Shown here piece by piece: positions 49,086 to 58,275 of a DNA stretch of 64,000 nt. How positions within the stretch are numbered: position 1 is the first letter of the stretch; every line of letters begins with the position of its first letter. The DNA comes from a virus. The translations under genes and the position numbers were made by a program. The stretch is taken from the IMG/VR virus record IMGVR_UViG_3300048694_001005, positions 96,001 through 160,000 of that record. One strand, given 5' to 3'. The notes beneath the pieces were generated by a model. That model was not told the DNA's origin and ran no database searches. It saw nothing but the letters and a program-made list of their open reading frames with translations.

Positions 49086-49554
49086 AGTAGACCCTATCAC
49101 TAGTAATTGCAACATCAAATTGAAAGCAAAACCAGTCATAAACGACAGGTTTTGGATAGTGGACAACGGTTCACAAAACGTTGGCACTATTGAAAAAACA
49201 CAGGAAGGTGTAGTTTATTATTCTGGGCGCAAGCGTACCTTTTTTAAGAACATTAAAAGTCTTACTAACGATCTAAATATTGTTATCAGCTACAGCGACA
49301 GCGCAAAAACTAAGCCAATTACTGATACTGGTAGTTTTCCTACAGCTACTAAACCACATAATGTTTTGTACGATGTAAAACATAAAACCTACGTGTTTAC
49401 TAAAACATCTAAAAGCAAAAGTTATTATTGCGCTGGTTATTTTGCTGTACAATTAGCAGGCGTTTGGCAACAGGTATACTGCCCTAAGTTAATCACGATA
49501 CAAAGATACCCATATCTTGGTCCATTTATGTCCGCTAAAGATATCAAAGTATAA
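49063..49554 (+). CDS. Hypothetical protein
   Basis: KSKSYYCAGY...CPKLITIQRYPYLGPF. Confidence 0.6.
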   Translation: MTMKTANKVDPITSNCNIKLKAKPVINDRFWIVDNGSQNVGTIEKTQEGVVYYSGRKRTFFKNIKSLTNDLNIVISYSDSAKTKPITDTGSFPTATKPHNVLYDVKHKTYVFTKTSKSKSYYCAGYFAVQLAGVWQQVYCPKLITIQRYPYLGPFMSAKDIKV

Positions 49555-49763
49555 TGGGGTTACATTTACAAAAGTTCAATCAACGACTACAAAATATGAA
49601 TCAATCTGGTGGTCGAGAGCTGATATTGGGGGCTAAGGAAGCACGTGATCTACAGCATGAAATCTTTGCTTTGCTGGATCAAGTGTCAGAAATGGAGAAA
49701 AAACTTAAAAACCCTAATAATAACAGTACTGAACTAGCCGCAGATGGCGGTGGGTTCAAATAG
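49554..49763 (+). CDS. Hypothetical protein
   Basis: ORF ending DGGGF. Confidence 0.6.
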   Translation: MGLHLQKFNQRLQNMNQSGGRELILGAKEARDLQHEIFALLDQVSEMEKKLKNPNNNSTELAADGGGFK

Positions 49764-49791
49764 TTCATTAACTGATAGTATAAATATTAAT

Positions 49792-50091
49792 ATGTCTAGA
49801 CCTAAACCAACCATATTAATTGAGCAAGTAAATAAAACCAATTATCGTTGCGATCAAATACTCAGTAGTGAAGGTATTTGGTCTGTAACTTTTGAAGGCA
49901 AGCCTATCAATTTGAAAAGTAGCAATATGCTAGTTAATTATCCTGGTCCAAAATACAAGAAAACCAGTTTCAGTAATCCAGGACATGCTATTAACCTAGC
50001 AAAAAAGTTAAATACGCAATTCAAAACTGACAAGTTTGAAGTAGTTTTATTGACGCACGGTGAAAAAATCTTTCCTAAAACGCAAGCATGA
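49792..50091 (+). CDS. Conserved hypothetical late protein
   Basis: TATAAATA at 49779; MSRPKP...YKKTSFSNPGHAINLAKKLN. Confidence 0.7.
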   Translation: MSRPKPTILIEQVNKTNYRCDQILSSEGIWSVTFEGKPINLKSSNMLVNYPGPKYKKTSFSNPGHAINLAKKLNTQFKTDKFEVVLLTHGEKIFPKTQA

Positions 50092-50440
50092 TTATACAGA
50101 TGCCTTTATTCGTGAGGCAGGTATAGATCCCAATTTACACACGGAAGTTTTTAATCGTTGGTGGTATGCTCCTAAAGAACCTAATCTTAGATTAAGTGTA
50201 CATGGATATGATTACCTAACCCAAGTGCTAAAGCTCACCAGTTACAAGATAGAACTGGGTGATGCGCAAAGCAAGTTGCTGTTACTGTTACAAAAGAAAA
50301 TGGATAGCCCATACTATTTGCATCAACGGCGCAATTATGCGGTCTATTCGGATGTAAGTATTTTCGCCAGCAGTGATGCTACAATGATTCTCTTGGCTGA
50401 CAATAACTTAGAGCGATACCTACGTGATATGAAAGGTTGA
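50060..50440 (+). CDS. Hypothetical protein
   Basis: ORF. Confidence 0.55.
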   Translation: MKKSFLKRKHDYTDAFIREAGIDPNLHTEVFNRWWYAPKEPNLRLSVHGYDYLTQVLKLTSYKIELGDAQSKLLLLLQKKMDSPYYLHQRRNYAVYSDVSIFASSDATMILLADNNLERYLRDMKG

Positions 50441-50465
50441 CAACATCAACCAAAACTGCTATACT
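50437..50465 (+). promoter_or_regulatory. Sigma70-type early promoter
   Basis: TTGACA-N17-TATACT. Confidence 0.75.
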
Positions 50466-50471
50466 AGCAGT

Positions 50472-50858
50472 ATGAAAAATATCCATTATAGGTATTTCAA
50501 AAACAGGTTTGCAGTTGATCGCAACTGGGGCAATGTCCACGAAGATTGCAGGGAAGCGATCTTTAATTACCTTGCCTATGGTTATGACCCTGGTGGTTTT
50601 TTAACCGCAGTATTGACCAACGATCTCTACCGAGCTGCAGGAATTTCTGATTTTGAAAATAAAAAACGCTTGGCATTTGTGGCTAACTTTGTGGCCATGA
50701 ACCTGCCACTTGCATGTTACGGCACCGCAAAGAAAATGCGAGCTTGGATGGAATTGAGCAATGAAGATCGCGAAAAGATTATGACTGAAGCGCGGTTATT
50801 CCCAACATTGTTTGACATCATACGTGATCCCAACATGGAATCAGAGCCAAACTTTTAG
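50472..50858 (+). CDS. Hypothetical early protein
   Basis: PGGFLTAVLTNDL..A. Confidence 0.65.
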   Translation: MKNIHYRYFKNRFAVDRNWGNVHEDCREAIFNYLAYGYDPGGFLTAVLTNDLYRAAGISDFENKKRLAFVANFVAMNLPLACYGTAKKMRAWMELSNEDREKIMTEARLFPTLFDIIRDPNMESEPNF

Positions 50859-50883
50859 TAATAAATCAAGAATTTAGCGGTTG

Positions 50884-50912
50884 TTGACACAGCAGTAATT
50901 TGGTAGTATAAT
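50884..50912 (+). promoter_or_regulatory. Sigma70-type early promoter
   Basis: TTGACA-N17-TATAAT. Confidence 0.85.
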
Positions 50913-50936
50913 TGCTTTTTAACTTAGGAGTCTGGC

Positions 50937-51089
50937 ATGGAAAACTTTGTCATTGGTATCGACTACGATCAACAAAATTTCAACTATCGTGCTGCACTGG
51001 CTGACGGTCAAGTAATTGAGCTTGATGCCGAATCCTATGAGGATGCGGTGTTGGAAGCTGACACGCTGGACCTTGAGCAGTATGCCTAA
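50937..51089 (+). CDS. Small acidic early protein (50 aa), absent from the ORF track
   Basis: SD AGGAG; hand-translated MENFVIGID...EQYA. Confidence 0.6.
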   Translation: MENFVIGIDYDQQNFNYRAALADGQVIELDAESYEDAVLEADTLDLEQYA

Positions 51090-51870
51090 GGTAGATCTCG
51101 TTTCAGACCTGCATCTTGAATGCAAGGAACTCACGTTGCCCGGCGGTGATATTTTGGTCATCGCCGGGGACGCTATGGAGTTTAGGAATTATCTGCAGGC
51201 CTTTCACTCTACTAGGTCGCTGGGAGAACCTACAGATAGATTCCTACGTTTCTTTGAAGTAGAGTGCGCCAAGTATCAAACTGTTCTCTACTTGCCGGGC
51301 AATCACGAGTTTTATGGATCGGAGATTGAGTCCGTGTCACAGCGTATGCAGTCTGGCGTATTGCCTGACAACGTGCGAATACTTGATCGTTCAGTCTATG
51401 ACGCTGGCGACGTTCTGTTTGTGGGTGCTACACTATGGACCAACTGCAACAATGGCGACTGGTACACTCACTATCACCTAAAACGCTGCATGAACGATTT
51501 CCATGTGATTAAGTATAAGGAAAAACGTTTTACCACTCATGATATGATTGATTTACACAATCGTGACTTTAGCTATATCAAAACCGTAGTTGAGCAAAAC
51601 GCTGATCGCAAGATCTTTGTGGCCACGCATCACACGCCCAGCTTCATTAACTGTGCAGCCAAATACGCCAATGATAAGCTCATGAATGGTGGCTATCACA
51701 CGGAATTGAGTGAGTTCATTTTGGATCACACCAACATCACACATTGGGCTTTTGGTCATACGCATGAACCTTTTGATCATTACATTGGAACCTGCAGATT
51801 AGTATGCAATCCGCGTGGTTATTGGCCTCATGAAGGTAGCAAAGGCTACATGCCCAAGACCATAATGTAA
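51082..51870 (+). CDS. Calcineurin-like metallophosphoesterase
   Basis: SDLHLE; AGD; GNHE; THH; GHTH; NPRGY. Confidence 0.9.
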   Translation: MPKVDLVSDLHLECKELTLPGGDILVIAGDAMEFRNYLQAFHSTRSLGEPTDRFLRFFEVECAKYQTVLYLPGNHEFYGSEIESVSQRMQSGVLPDNVRILDRSVYDAGDVLFVGATLWTNCNNGDWYTHYHLKRCMNDFHVIKYKEKRFTTHDMIDLHNRDFSYIKTVVEQNADRKIFVATHHTPSFINCAAKYANDKLMNGGYHTELSEFILDHTNITHWAFGHTHEPFDHYIGTCRLVCNPRGYWPHEGSKGYMPKTIM

Positions 51871-51911
51871 TAAATACGTTACCCACTCGGAATGGGAAGG
51901 CGGTATTGATT

Positions 51912-51937
51912 AAGCCCTGAGAAATCAGGGCTTTTTC
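51912..51937 (+). terminator. Rho-independent terminator
   Basis: AAGCCCTGA-GAAA-TCAGGGCTTTTT. Confidence 0.85.
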
Positions 51938-51971
51938 ATTATAGATTCTAGGTAAATACTGTGGATCTATA

Positions 51972-52205
51972 ATGAATAACTCTGTCGTAATACAACATAA
52001 TCTTAACAGCACGTGACATAAAACCACTCTGTTCATAGAAGATCATTTAACTGAAATGATTCATTGGACTGAGTCGAATTGCAGAAGCAAGGTGCAATGT
52101 TTTGGAGTGCCAGGGGATAATAATGTGGTTGAATTTGTTTTTGAAAGCGGAGAAGACGCAGTGTTATTTGCGCTCAAATGGAGTGGAAGTAGTTGCAATC
52201 AATAA
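51972..52205 (+). pseudogene. Small ORF with an in-frame TGA at codon 15 (pseudogene, readthrough, or shorter gene from ATG 52056)
   Basis: ATG 51972, TGA 52014-16, then the frame stays open to FVFESGEDAVLFALKW...TAA 52205. Confidence 0.4.
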
Positions 52206-52245
52206 ATTTATAGTTTATACTTCGTAAATAACTCTTAAATAATAG

Positions 52246-53823
52246 ATGTGGTTTAATTTCTTAACATTAATCACCGCACTCACAATAAGTGGAGTAGCGG
52301 CCTATTACAGTATAATTGGCTTAACCGCCATCTTCGCTGCGGCGTTTTGGCCTATTGTTATTATGGGCAGCGTGTTGGAAGCTGGAAAAATTGTTACTAG
52401 TGTTTGGCTTAAGAAGTTTTGGCACAAAACAAGTTGGCAGTTAAAAACCTATTTGACTTTCGCAGTATCTATTTTAATGCTCATAACAAGTATGGGTATA
52501 TTTGGCTTTCTTAGCAAAGCCCACATGGATCAAGGAGTACCTTCTGGGGATATCGCCGCACAGGTCAGTTTGATTGACGAAAAGATTAAGACACAGCGTG
52601 ATAATATCGAAGCTAACCGCAAAGCACTGGCACAAATGGATGCAACTGTTGATCAAACTATCAGTCGCAGTAGCACAGAGCAAGGAGCCACCAACGCAGC
52701 TAATCTACGTCGTAGCCAACAGCGAGAACGTGGTGCATTGCAGAATGAGATCGCCACCGCACAAAAGGCTATAGCTAAGTTGAATGAAGAACGTGCTCCG
52801 GTGGCCAGCCAATTGCGCAAAGTTGAAGCAGAAGTTGGTCCCATCAAATACGTAGCTGCATTGATCTACGGTGACAATCCTGATCAAAACCTATTAGAAA
52901 AGGCAGTGCGTTGGGTTATCATTATATTAGTTTTGGTGTTTGATCCTTTAGCGGTAGCTCTTATATTAGCAGCAAACAGTAGTATGCGTTGGCAACAAGA
53001 AGCACCACAGCAAAGTAAAGAATCAAACACGGAACCTAAAATAGAAGCGGATGGTAATGATCTAGAAGATATAAATCAAAAGTTAGGTGCTATTCCGCAG
53101 CAGGTTGACGCCGAAGCGGAGGCTATTGCTAGTACTGTACAGGAAACAGCCCATAGCGATCTGCAGGTGGAGCGAGATAGATTATTTGTGGCACATAGCG
53201 CGGAGTTAACTAGAGCGGATCAATTACAAATTGCGTTGGATAATAAGCAGCAAGAGTTAAACAATGCGCAAGAGCAGTTACTACAAAAAGAACAGGAACT
53301 ATCAGAAATAGCTGATAAATTAACAGAATACTTGTCTTCAACACCGCAGACTGCTGAAACAGATGCTCAAACATTACAAAAAGAGTCGGAAATCTTTTTA
53401 TTAAAAGAAACAATAAACCAGCAGCAAACAAAGATTGCTGACCTACAAAAACATATAGATGATTTAGAACAATTACGTGGACTTTACAAGTTAGTTGAGC
53501 AGATGCGTGGAGAACCAGAAGGAGTAGACCTTAATCAAAAAAACCAACCTAGCGAAGCAGGTTTTGGTTCAGATTTCCCCAACAATCCACGCAAGTCAGA
53601 CATGTTTGTGCGAGTAGATATGTTGCCACATAAAGTATTTAAATTCAATGGTAACAAGTGGATAGAAGTAGACAAAAATTCAACTGACACATACATTTTT
53701 AATGATGAATACGTACGACATTTGGTGGATATGCTAGCACGTGGGGAAATAGAGTTGGACCATATCAACGAAACCGAGCAGGCACAAATAAAAGCATTGC
53801 TGCGTAGAGAAAGTCGTGGCTAG
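52246..53823 (+). CDS. Membrane protein with long coiled coil (DUF4407-like N-terminus)
   Basis: N-terminal TM helices; GIFGFLSKAH; VEAEVGPIKYVA; VFDPLAV; coiled coil. Confidence 0.7.
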   Translation: MWFNFLTLITALTISGVAAYYSIIGLTAIFAAAFWPIVIMGSVLEAGKIVTSVWLKKFWHKTSWQLKTYLTFAVSILMLITSMGIFGFLSKAHMDQGVPSGDIAAQVSLIDEKIKTQRDNIEANRKALAQMDATVDQTISRSSTEQGATNAANLRRSQQRERGALQNEIATAQKAIAKLNEERAPVASQLRKVEAEVGPIKYVAALIYGDNPDQNLLEKAVRWVIIILVLVFDPLAVALILAANSSMRWQQEAPQQSKESNTEPKIEADGNDLEDINQKLGAIPQQVDAEAEAIASTVQETAHSDLQVERDRLFVAHSAELTRADQLQIALDNKQQELNNAQEQLLQKEQELSEIADKLTEYLSSTPQTAETDAQTLQKESEIFLLKETINQQQTKIADLQKHIDDLEQLRGLYKLVEQMRGEPEGVDLNQKNQPSEAGFGSDFPNNPRKSDMFVRVDMLPHKVFKFNGNKWIEVDKNSTDTYIFNDEYVRHLVDMLARGEIELDHINETEQAQIKALLRRESRG

Positions 53824-54121
53824 CAAAATCAAATTAATAACACCTCCAGATTCTATCAATGATAGTGGGTGTAATGTATTGCTAATTAACATAACCATGG
53901 AAAATTTGACTAAATTAATTAATGATTTATGGGATCATGATCTTGCTTTAAACCTATATTTGTGCAATAATTTAGATGATGCTTGGCTGGATACAGTCTT
54001 ACCAAAGATGTCTAAAATATTAGCATATGATGTAGCCGCATACAGTGCAAAATTATGCGATCATATTGGATTCGCTAAATATCGAAACTATGAGGAAATA
54101 CTAAATGAACTTTCAACGTGA
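53816..54121 (+). CDS. Hypothetical protein
   Basis: ORF. Confidence 0.55.
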   Translation: MASKIKLITPPDSINDSGCNVLLINITMENLTKLINDLWDHDLALNLYLCNNLDDAWLDTVLPKMSKILAYDVAAYSAKLCDHIGFAKYRNYEEILNELST

Positions 54122-54350
54122 AGATAACAGGATGTGTAAGGGTTCCACAGTAGAAGTTAAAAATGATAACTTTGAAAAGGCTGTACGTAAATGGAAGAAA
54201 AAGGTACAGGAAAGTGGATTAATGAATGATTTACGTGAGCGCGAAGCTTATGAAAAACCCACGGTGAAACGCAAACGTCTTAAAAATCTGGCACGTCGTC
54301 GTTGGCAAAAATGGTTACAAAGCCAACAGCTTCCAGCCAAAAATTATTGA
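54105..54350 (+). CDS. rpsU: 30S ribosomal protein S21 homolog
   Basis: VEVKNDNFEKAVRKWKKKVQESGL..DLREREAYEKPTVKRKR....ARRR. Confidence 0.9.
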   Translation: MNFQREDNRMCKGSTVEVKNDNFEKAVRKWKKKVQESGLMNDLREREAYEKPTVKRKRLKNLARRRWQKWLQSQQLPAKNY

Positions 54351-54377
54351 CAATTACGGGTATATCCTGTATAAATA
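54347..54377 (+). promoter_or_regulatory. Overlapping sigma70 and late promoters for Hsp20
   Basis: TTGACA(54347)-N17-TATAAA, which overlaps TATAAATA(54370-77). Confidence 0.65.
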
Positions 54378-54381
54378 CTAT

Positions 54382-54449
54382 TGTAACAAATGCCCATGGT
54401 GGGGTTTGTTACAGTAAAATGTTCGCTTAATTTTAAGGAGACAATTATG
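54382..54449 (+). promoter_or_regulatory. ROSE-like RNA thermometer candidate
   Basis: 9-bp hairpin TGTAACAAA/TTTGTTACA, then a hairpin with TTCGCT (bulged G) opposite SD AGGAG. Confidence 0.55.
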
Positions 54450-54878
54450 AACAAACTAACTACTCTTGATTTATCCCCCTTTTATCGCAATTCCGTTGGA
54501 CTGGATCGACTGTTTGATACCATGTTGAACCGTGGTGACAACAACGTCAATGCAGGTTACCCTCCCTATAACTTGATCAAAAATGATGATGATCACTATG
54601 AAGTTCAGTTGGCTTTAGCTGGTTTTAAAAGTACCGAGATCGATGTCAGTGTAAAAGATGGTCAGTTAATCGTCAAGGCAGATCGTGCTGAAACTGAGGA
54701 ATCTGGCGAATACATACATCGTGGTATTGGGGTACGTAGTTTTATACGCACCTTCCAACTAGGGGATTATGTTGAAGTAGTGACCGCGCAGTTAGTTGAC
54801 GGCATACTGAGCATTAAACTAGAACGTTTAGTGCCAGAAGGCTTGAAACCTCGCAAGATCACTATTGAAACAAAATAA
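54447..54878 (+). CDS. Small heat-shock protein Hsp20 (IbpA-like)
   Basis: VGLDRLFD; YPPYN; LALAGF; YIHRGI..RSF.RTF.L; LVDGILSI.LER.VPE. Confidence 0.95.
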   Translation: MNKLTTLDLSPFYRNSVGLDRLFDTMLNRGDNNVNAGYPPYNLIKNDDDHYEVQLALAGFKSTEIDVSVKDGQLIVKADRAETEESGEYIHRGIGVRSFIRTFQLGDYVEVVTAQLVDGILSIKLERLVPEGLKPRKITIETK

Positions 54879-54934
54879 GCGGTGTAAATACAGTGGGGGA
54901 GTAAAATCCCCCACACTAAAATGGCAGAAAGGCT

Positions 54935-55237
54935 ATGAGCGTAGAAATTAAAGAAGTGATTAAAGTCGATACAACCGTTACCCCTCCTGTAGATTTTAAC
55001 GTAATTTACGAAAATGACGAAGTAACTACTCAGGATTTTGTTGTAGAAACGTTAGTATTAATTTTTAACCATGATCAACCTCATGCAGAAGAATTAACTA
55101 TGCGTGTGCACACTGAAGGTCGTGCGGTTGTTGCAACATTGCCTTATGAGATAGCAGAGCAAAAAGGTGTAGAAGTTACTATGCTTGCTCGCAACAATGG
55201 ATTTCCTTTGTCCATCAAATTAGAACCCAATACATGA
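54935..55237 (+). CDS. clpS: ATP-dependent Clp protease adaptor ClpS
   Basis: VIYENDEVTTQDFVV..L..IF; VHTEGRAVV; EIAEQK; GFPL. Confidence 0.9.
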   Translation: MSVEIKEVIKVDTTVTPPVDFNVIYENDEVTTQDFVVETLVLIFNHDQPHAEELTMRVHTEGRAVVATLPYEIAEQKGVEVTMLARNNGFPLSIKLEPNT

Positions 55238-55725
55238 TTATTCAAAACGGCAAGGAACAGCGTGTTGGCTTTACGGCCAGCGCCTTTGATTTGCTTCATG
55301 CTGGGCATATAAGCATGTTACATGAAGCCAAACAACAATGCGATTATTTGATCTGTGGCTTACAAAACGATCCCACTGCGGATAGACCCACAAAGAATCG
55401 CCCAGTGCAAAGTGTAGTTGAACGACAAATCCAGCTTAAAGCCTGCAGGTATGTGGATGAAATTTGGGTTTACAACACGGAAAAAGAACTAGAAGACCTA
55501 TTACTGACTTTGCCCATAGATATAAGGATCCTGGGTGTAGAGTATCAGGATAAGGACTTTACAGGTAAAAAGATCTGCGAACATAGAAATATTGATCTTT
55601 ATTACAACAAAAGAGATCATAGTTTCAGCAGCAGTGATCTTAGGCGCAGAGTATATCAAGCTGAGTTTTTCAAAAACGCAACTGATCAAATTGATTTTGA
55701 CGTAGATCCAGAAAACGTCGTATAA
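55234..55725 (+). CDS. Cytidylyltransferase (TagD-like)
   Basis: FDLLHAGH; ERQIQLKACRYVDE; R.HSFSSS.LR. Confidence 0.85.
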   Translation: MIIQNGKEQRVGFTASAFDLLHAGHISMLHEAKQQCDYLICGLQNDPTADRPTKNRPVQSVVERQIQLKACRYVDEIWVYNTEKELEDLLLTLPIDIRILGVEYQDKDFTGKKICEHRNIDLYYNKRDHSFSSSDLRRRVYQAEFFKNATDQIDFDVDPENVV

Positions 55726-55731
55726 TACACG

Positions 55732-56268
55732 ATGGATGTAACAATCGATTTAGAAACTCTGGACTTTAGGCCCACGTCAGTTGTATTGACGCTGGGTGCT
55801 ATCAAGTTTGACCCCTATAGCAGTCGTGAGCCGGGCCCTGGTTATTATGTGAGATTTAATGTAGACCAGCAGTTAGCTCTGGGCAGAACTGTGGATGATG
55901 CCACACTAAAGTGGTGGCGGCAACAGCCCGACCACATTCGTGATGAGGCTATGCAGGAACAGGATCGCACAGACATAAATCAAGCATTGGATGAGTTATG
56001 CAAATTCCTAGTAGGTGTTGACAATATATGGGCGCAGGGCCCGGTGTTTGATATAGCTATGCTGGAGAATCTACTAAGTCAATTGAAGCGGCCCTATCCC
56101 TGGCAGTATTATCAAATACGTGACAGTAGAACACTGTTTGGCCTTGGCTGGGATCCGCGACGAGAGATGCGAACTGAAGCGCACAATGCACTGGCTGACT
56201 GTTATTATCAAAGCATCGCAGTGCAAAAGGTCTACGCAAAATTTGGTATCAAAAAGGATAGCAAGTGA
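55732..56268 (+). CDS. DEDD 3'-5' exonuclease (Rv2179c-like)
   Basis: IDLETL; WAQGPVFD; RDSRT; HNALADC. Confidence 0.85.
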   Translation: MDVTIDLETLDFRPTSVVLTLGAIKFDPYSSREPGPGYYVRFNVDQQLALGRTVDDATLKWWRQQPDHIRDEAMQEQDRTDINQALDELCKFLVGVDNIWAQGPVFDIAMLENLLSQLKRPYPWQYYQIRDSRTLFGLGWDPRREMRTEAHNALADCYYQSIAVQKVYAKFGIKKDSK

Positions 56269-57149
56269 GAAGTATTTTTGGTTTAATTTTATTTATTGGT
56301 TTTATCGCGCCGTTGCATGCACAAAATAACCTACAAATTGTGGTACCATTCGCTGCTGGTGGTCTCAACGACAGGTTGGCAAGACTGCTAGCATTGCAAA
56401 TACCCAATGTTATCGTGGAAAATATCACAGGTGCTGGTGGGCTTGTGGGGGCAAATGCAGTAGCTAAAACAAATAAATTAGAAAATATGGTAGTGTTACA
56501 CAGTGACGCTATTATGATTGCACCAATGCTTGCTACCGAAAAATTCTACACATTTCCGCAAGACTTTTCGTGCATTGCTGAAATAGGTGAAACTTACTTA
56601 GTTCTTTATAAATCTAAAAAAGCAAATTTCCCACCAAAAAACAACGAAATTTTGACCATTGCTGATGGTGGCTTTGGTTCTACTGCTAATCTTGCAAGCA
56701 CTTTATTAAAACAATATGTAAACGTCACACACATAAATTATAGAGGTGCTGCCCCCGCATTGGTTGGATTCTTGGCCGGAGATACTAATTTTTTAATGGA
56801 ATTTGCTCCAATTGGAAAGGAACATGTTAATCGAGGAACAATAGATGTTGTTGCAGTGACTTCTCTTAAACGTCAAAGTGACTTTCCAACTGCGCCAACA
56901 TTTCATGAACTAGGATATAAAAATGTCGTGGTAACTCCCACGATATTTGTTTTCGGCAATACGAAAATGTCGGTCCAAAGAAAACTAGAGTTAAATCAGA
57001 AATTAAATCAAATAATGGCATCTAATACAATGACTGCGCAGTTAGAACAAATTTCTGTTAAACACACAAGTTATGACTTAGAACAATGTCAAAATGCAGT
57101 AAGTCGAATTCACAGTAGATGGCAAAATGTCCTCAATGCCGTTAAATAA
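56265..57149 (+). CDS. Bug/TctC tripartite tricarboxylate transporter substrate-binding protein
   Basis: Signal peptide; VVPFAAGGLNDRLARLLA; VENITGAGG.VG; HINYRGAAPAL; AVTS.KR..FPTAPT..ELGY. Confidence 0.85.
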   Translation: MRSIFGLILFIGFIAPLHAQNNLQIVVPFAAGGLNDRLARLLALQIPNVIVENITGAGGLVGANAVAKTNKLENMVVLHSDAIMIAPMLATEKFYTFPQDFSCIAEIGETYLVLYKSKKANFPPKNNEILTIADGGFGSTANLASTLLKQYVNVTHINYRGAAPALVGFLAGDTNFLMEFAPIGKEHVNRGTIDVVAVTSLKRQSDFPTAPTFHELGYKNVVVTPTIFVFGNTKMSVQRKLELNQKLNQIMASNTMTAQLEQISVKHTSYDLEQCQNAVSRIHSRWQNVLNAVK

Positions 57150-58275
57150 CCCTGATATCTTTGGATATTATACGGTAGGTGGTTACAAAACCTATAGCAA
57201 ATTAGAAGCCATTGAGTTACACACCAAAACTGGAATACACCCGTCTTGGCATTTTAACGATGAAGTTTTTAGGTCATACGATTGGACTAAAGAGCCCGAT
57301 CTATCGCTACCCGAGTTGTACAAAATTAGAGCACAGCAAATCCGTGAAAAATACGACTACATAGTTTTGTTTTACAGTAGCGGTGCAGACAGTCAAAACG
57401 TACTGAATACCTTTATACAAAATGATATTCATTTGGATGAAATTTTAAGTTTATGGGCTAAGGATGGTGATGGTAGTTATGACACCTTTTTTAATCGAGA
57501 GATTTATCATGATGCAATCCCCCAAGTACAGTCAATTTTAAAAAAAGATCCTACAGTTAAGCATCGATTAGTTGATTTGACATATATTATAGATAAACTT
57601 TATAATGACAAGAATATAAAATTTGATTTTTTATATGACATGAACGGAATGTTTAGCCCTAATAACTATGCCAGAAGCTTTATTAGGGAATTAACACCTG
57701 AATTTAAAGATATTATTGATAGTGGCAAAAAGATGTGTTTTTTATATGGCAGCGAAAAACCCAGGATTTATAAACAATCAGGCAAATATTGTCTTAAATT
57801 TTTAGATTTAATCGATAGTGTGGTTAGTCCAAGAACACAAAGACTAAATAGATCCTGGGAAAATAACGAACTTTTTTATTGGTCACCAGACCTGCCGCAA
57901 CTAATTATTAAACAAGCACATCTAGTTATCAACTTTCTAAAGTCAGCGAAAGTTGATCCTATTTATTTTAGTGACACCCCGGTGTATGGTAACTTTGGCA
58001 CAACCGAAATAGACGGTAAAATATATTATCTCACAGCTCATGGTGTTCATCAAATCTTATATGGTTTTATGAATCGCAATATTTACAAATCTCCCAGCGT
58101 AGTTTTCAGTAAGAGAGATTTTTGGTTTTTAAAAAACCCGCATCATTTAATTAGTGCCACAAATTATATGAATGGTATCAAAAAACTATCCGATATTTTA
58201 CCAAAATATTGGTTAAATGGCACTATTGATAAAGGAATAAAGGGTTGCATTAGTCAGCCCTATTGGTTAGAATGA
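57127..58275 (+). CDS. PP-loop/AANH-like protein
   Basis: IREKYDYIVLFYSSGADS..VL..F; G.EKP; FYWSPD.P.L..KQAH; AT-rich. Confidence 0.55.
   Translation: MSSMPLNNPDIFGYYTVGGYKTYSKLEAIELHTKTGIHPSWHFNDEVFRSYDWTKEPDLSLPELYKIRAQQIREKYDYIVLFYSSGADSQNVLNTFIQNDIHLDEILSLWAKDGDGSYDTFFNREIYHDAIPQVQSILKKDPTVKHRLVDLTYIIDKLYNDKNIKFDFLYDMNGMFSPNNYARSFIRELTPEFKDIIDSGKKMCFLYGSEKPRIYKQSGKYCLKFLDLIDSVVSPRTQRLNRSWENNELFYWSPDLPQLIIKQAHLVINFLKSAKVDPIYFSDTPVYGNFGTTEIDGKIYYLTAHGVHQILYGFMNRNIYKSPSVVFSKRDFWFLKNPHHLISATNYMNGIKKLSDILPKYWLNGTIDKGIKGCISQPYWLE

Noticed and set aside
54893-54914. Terminator after Hsp20
   Set aside because: The strong hairpin GTGGGGGA/TCCCCCAC has no U tract on the plus strand; more likely a stabilising or processing stem in the clpS leader.
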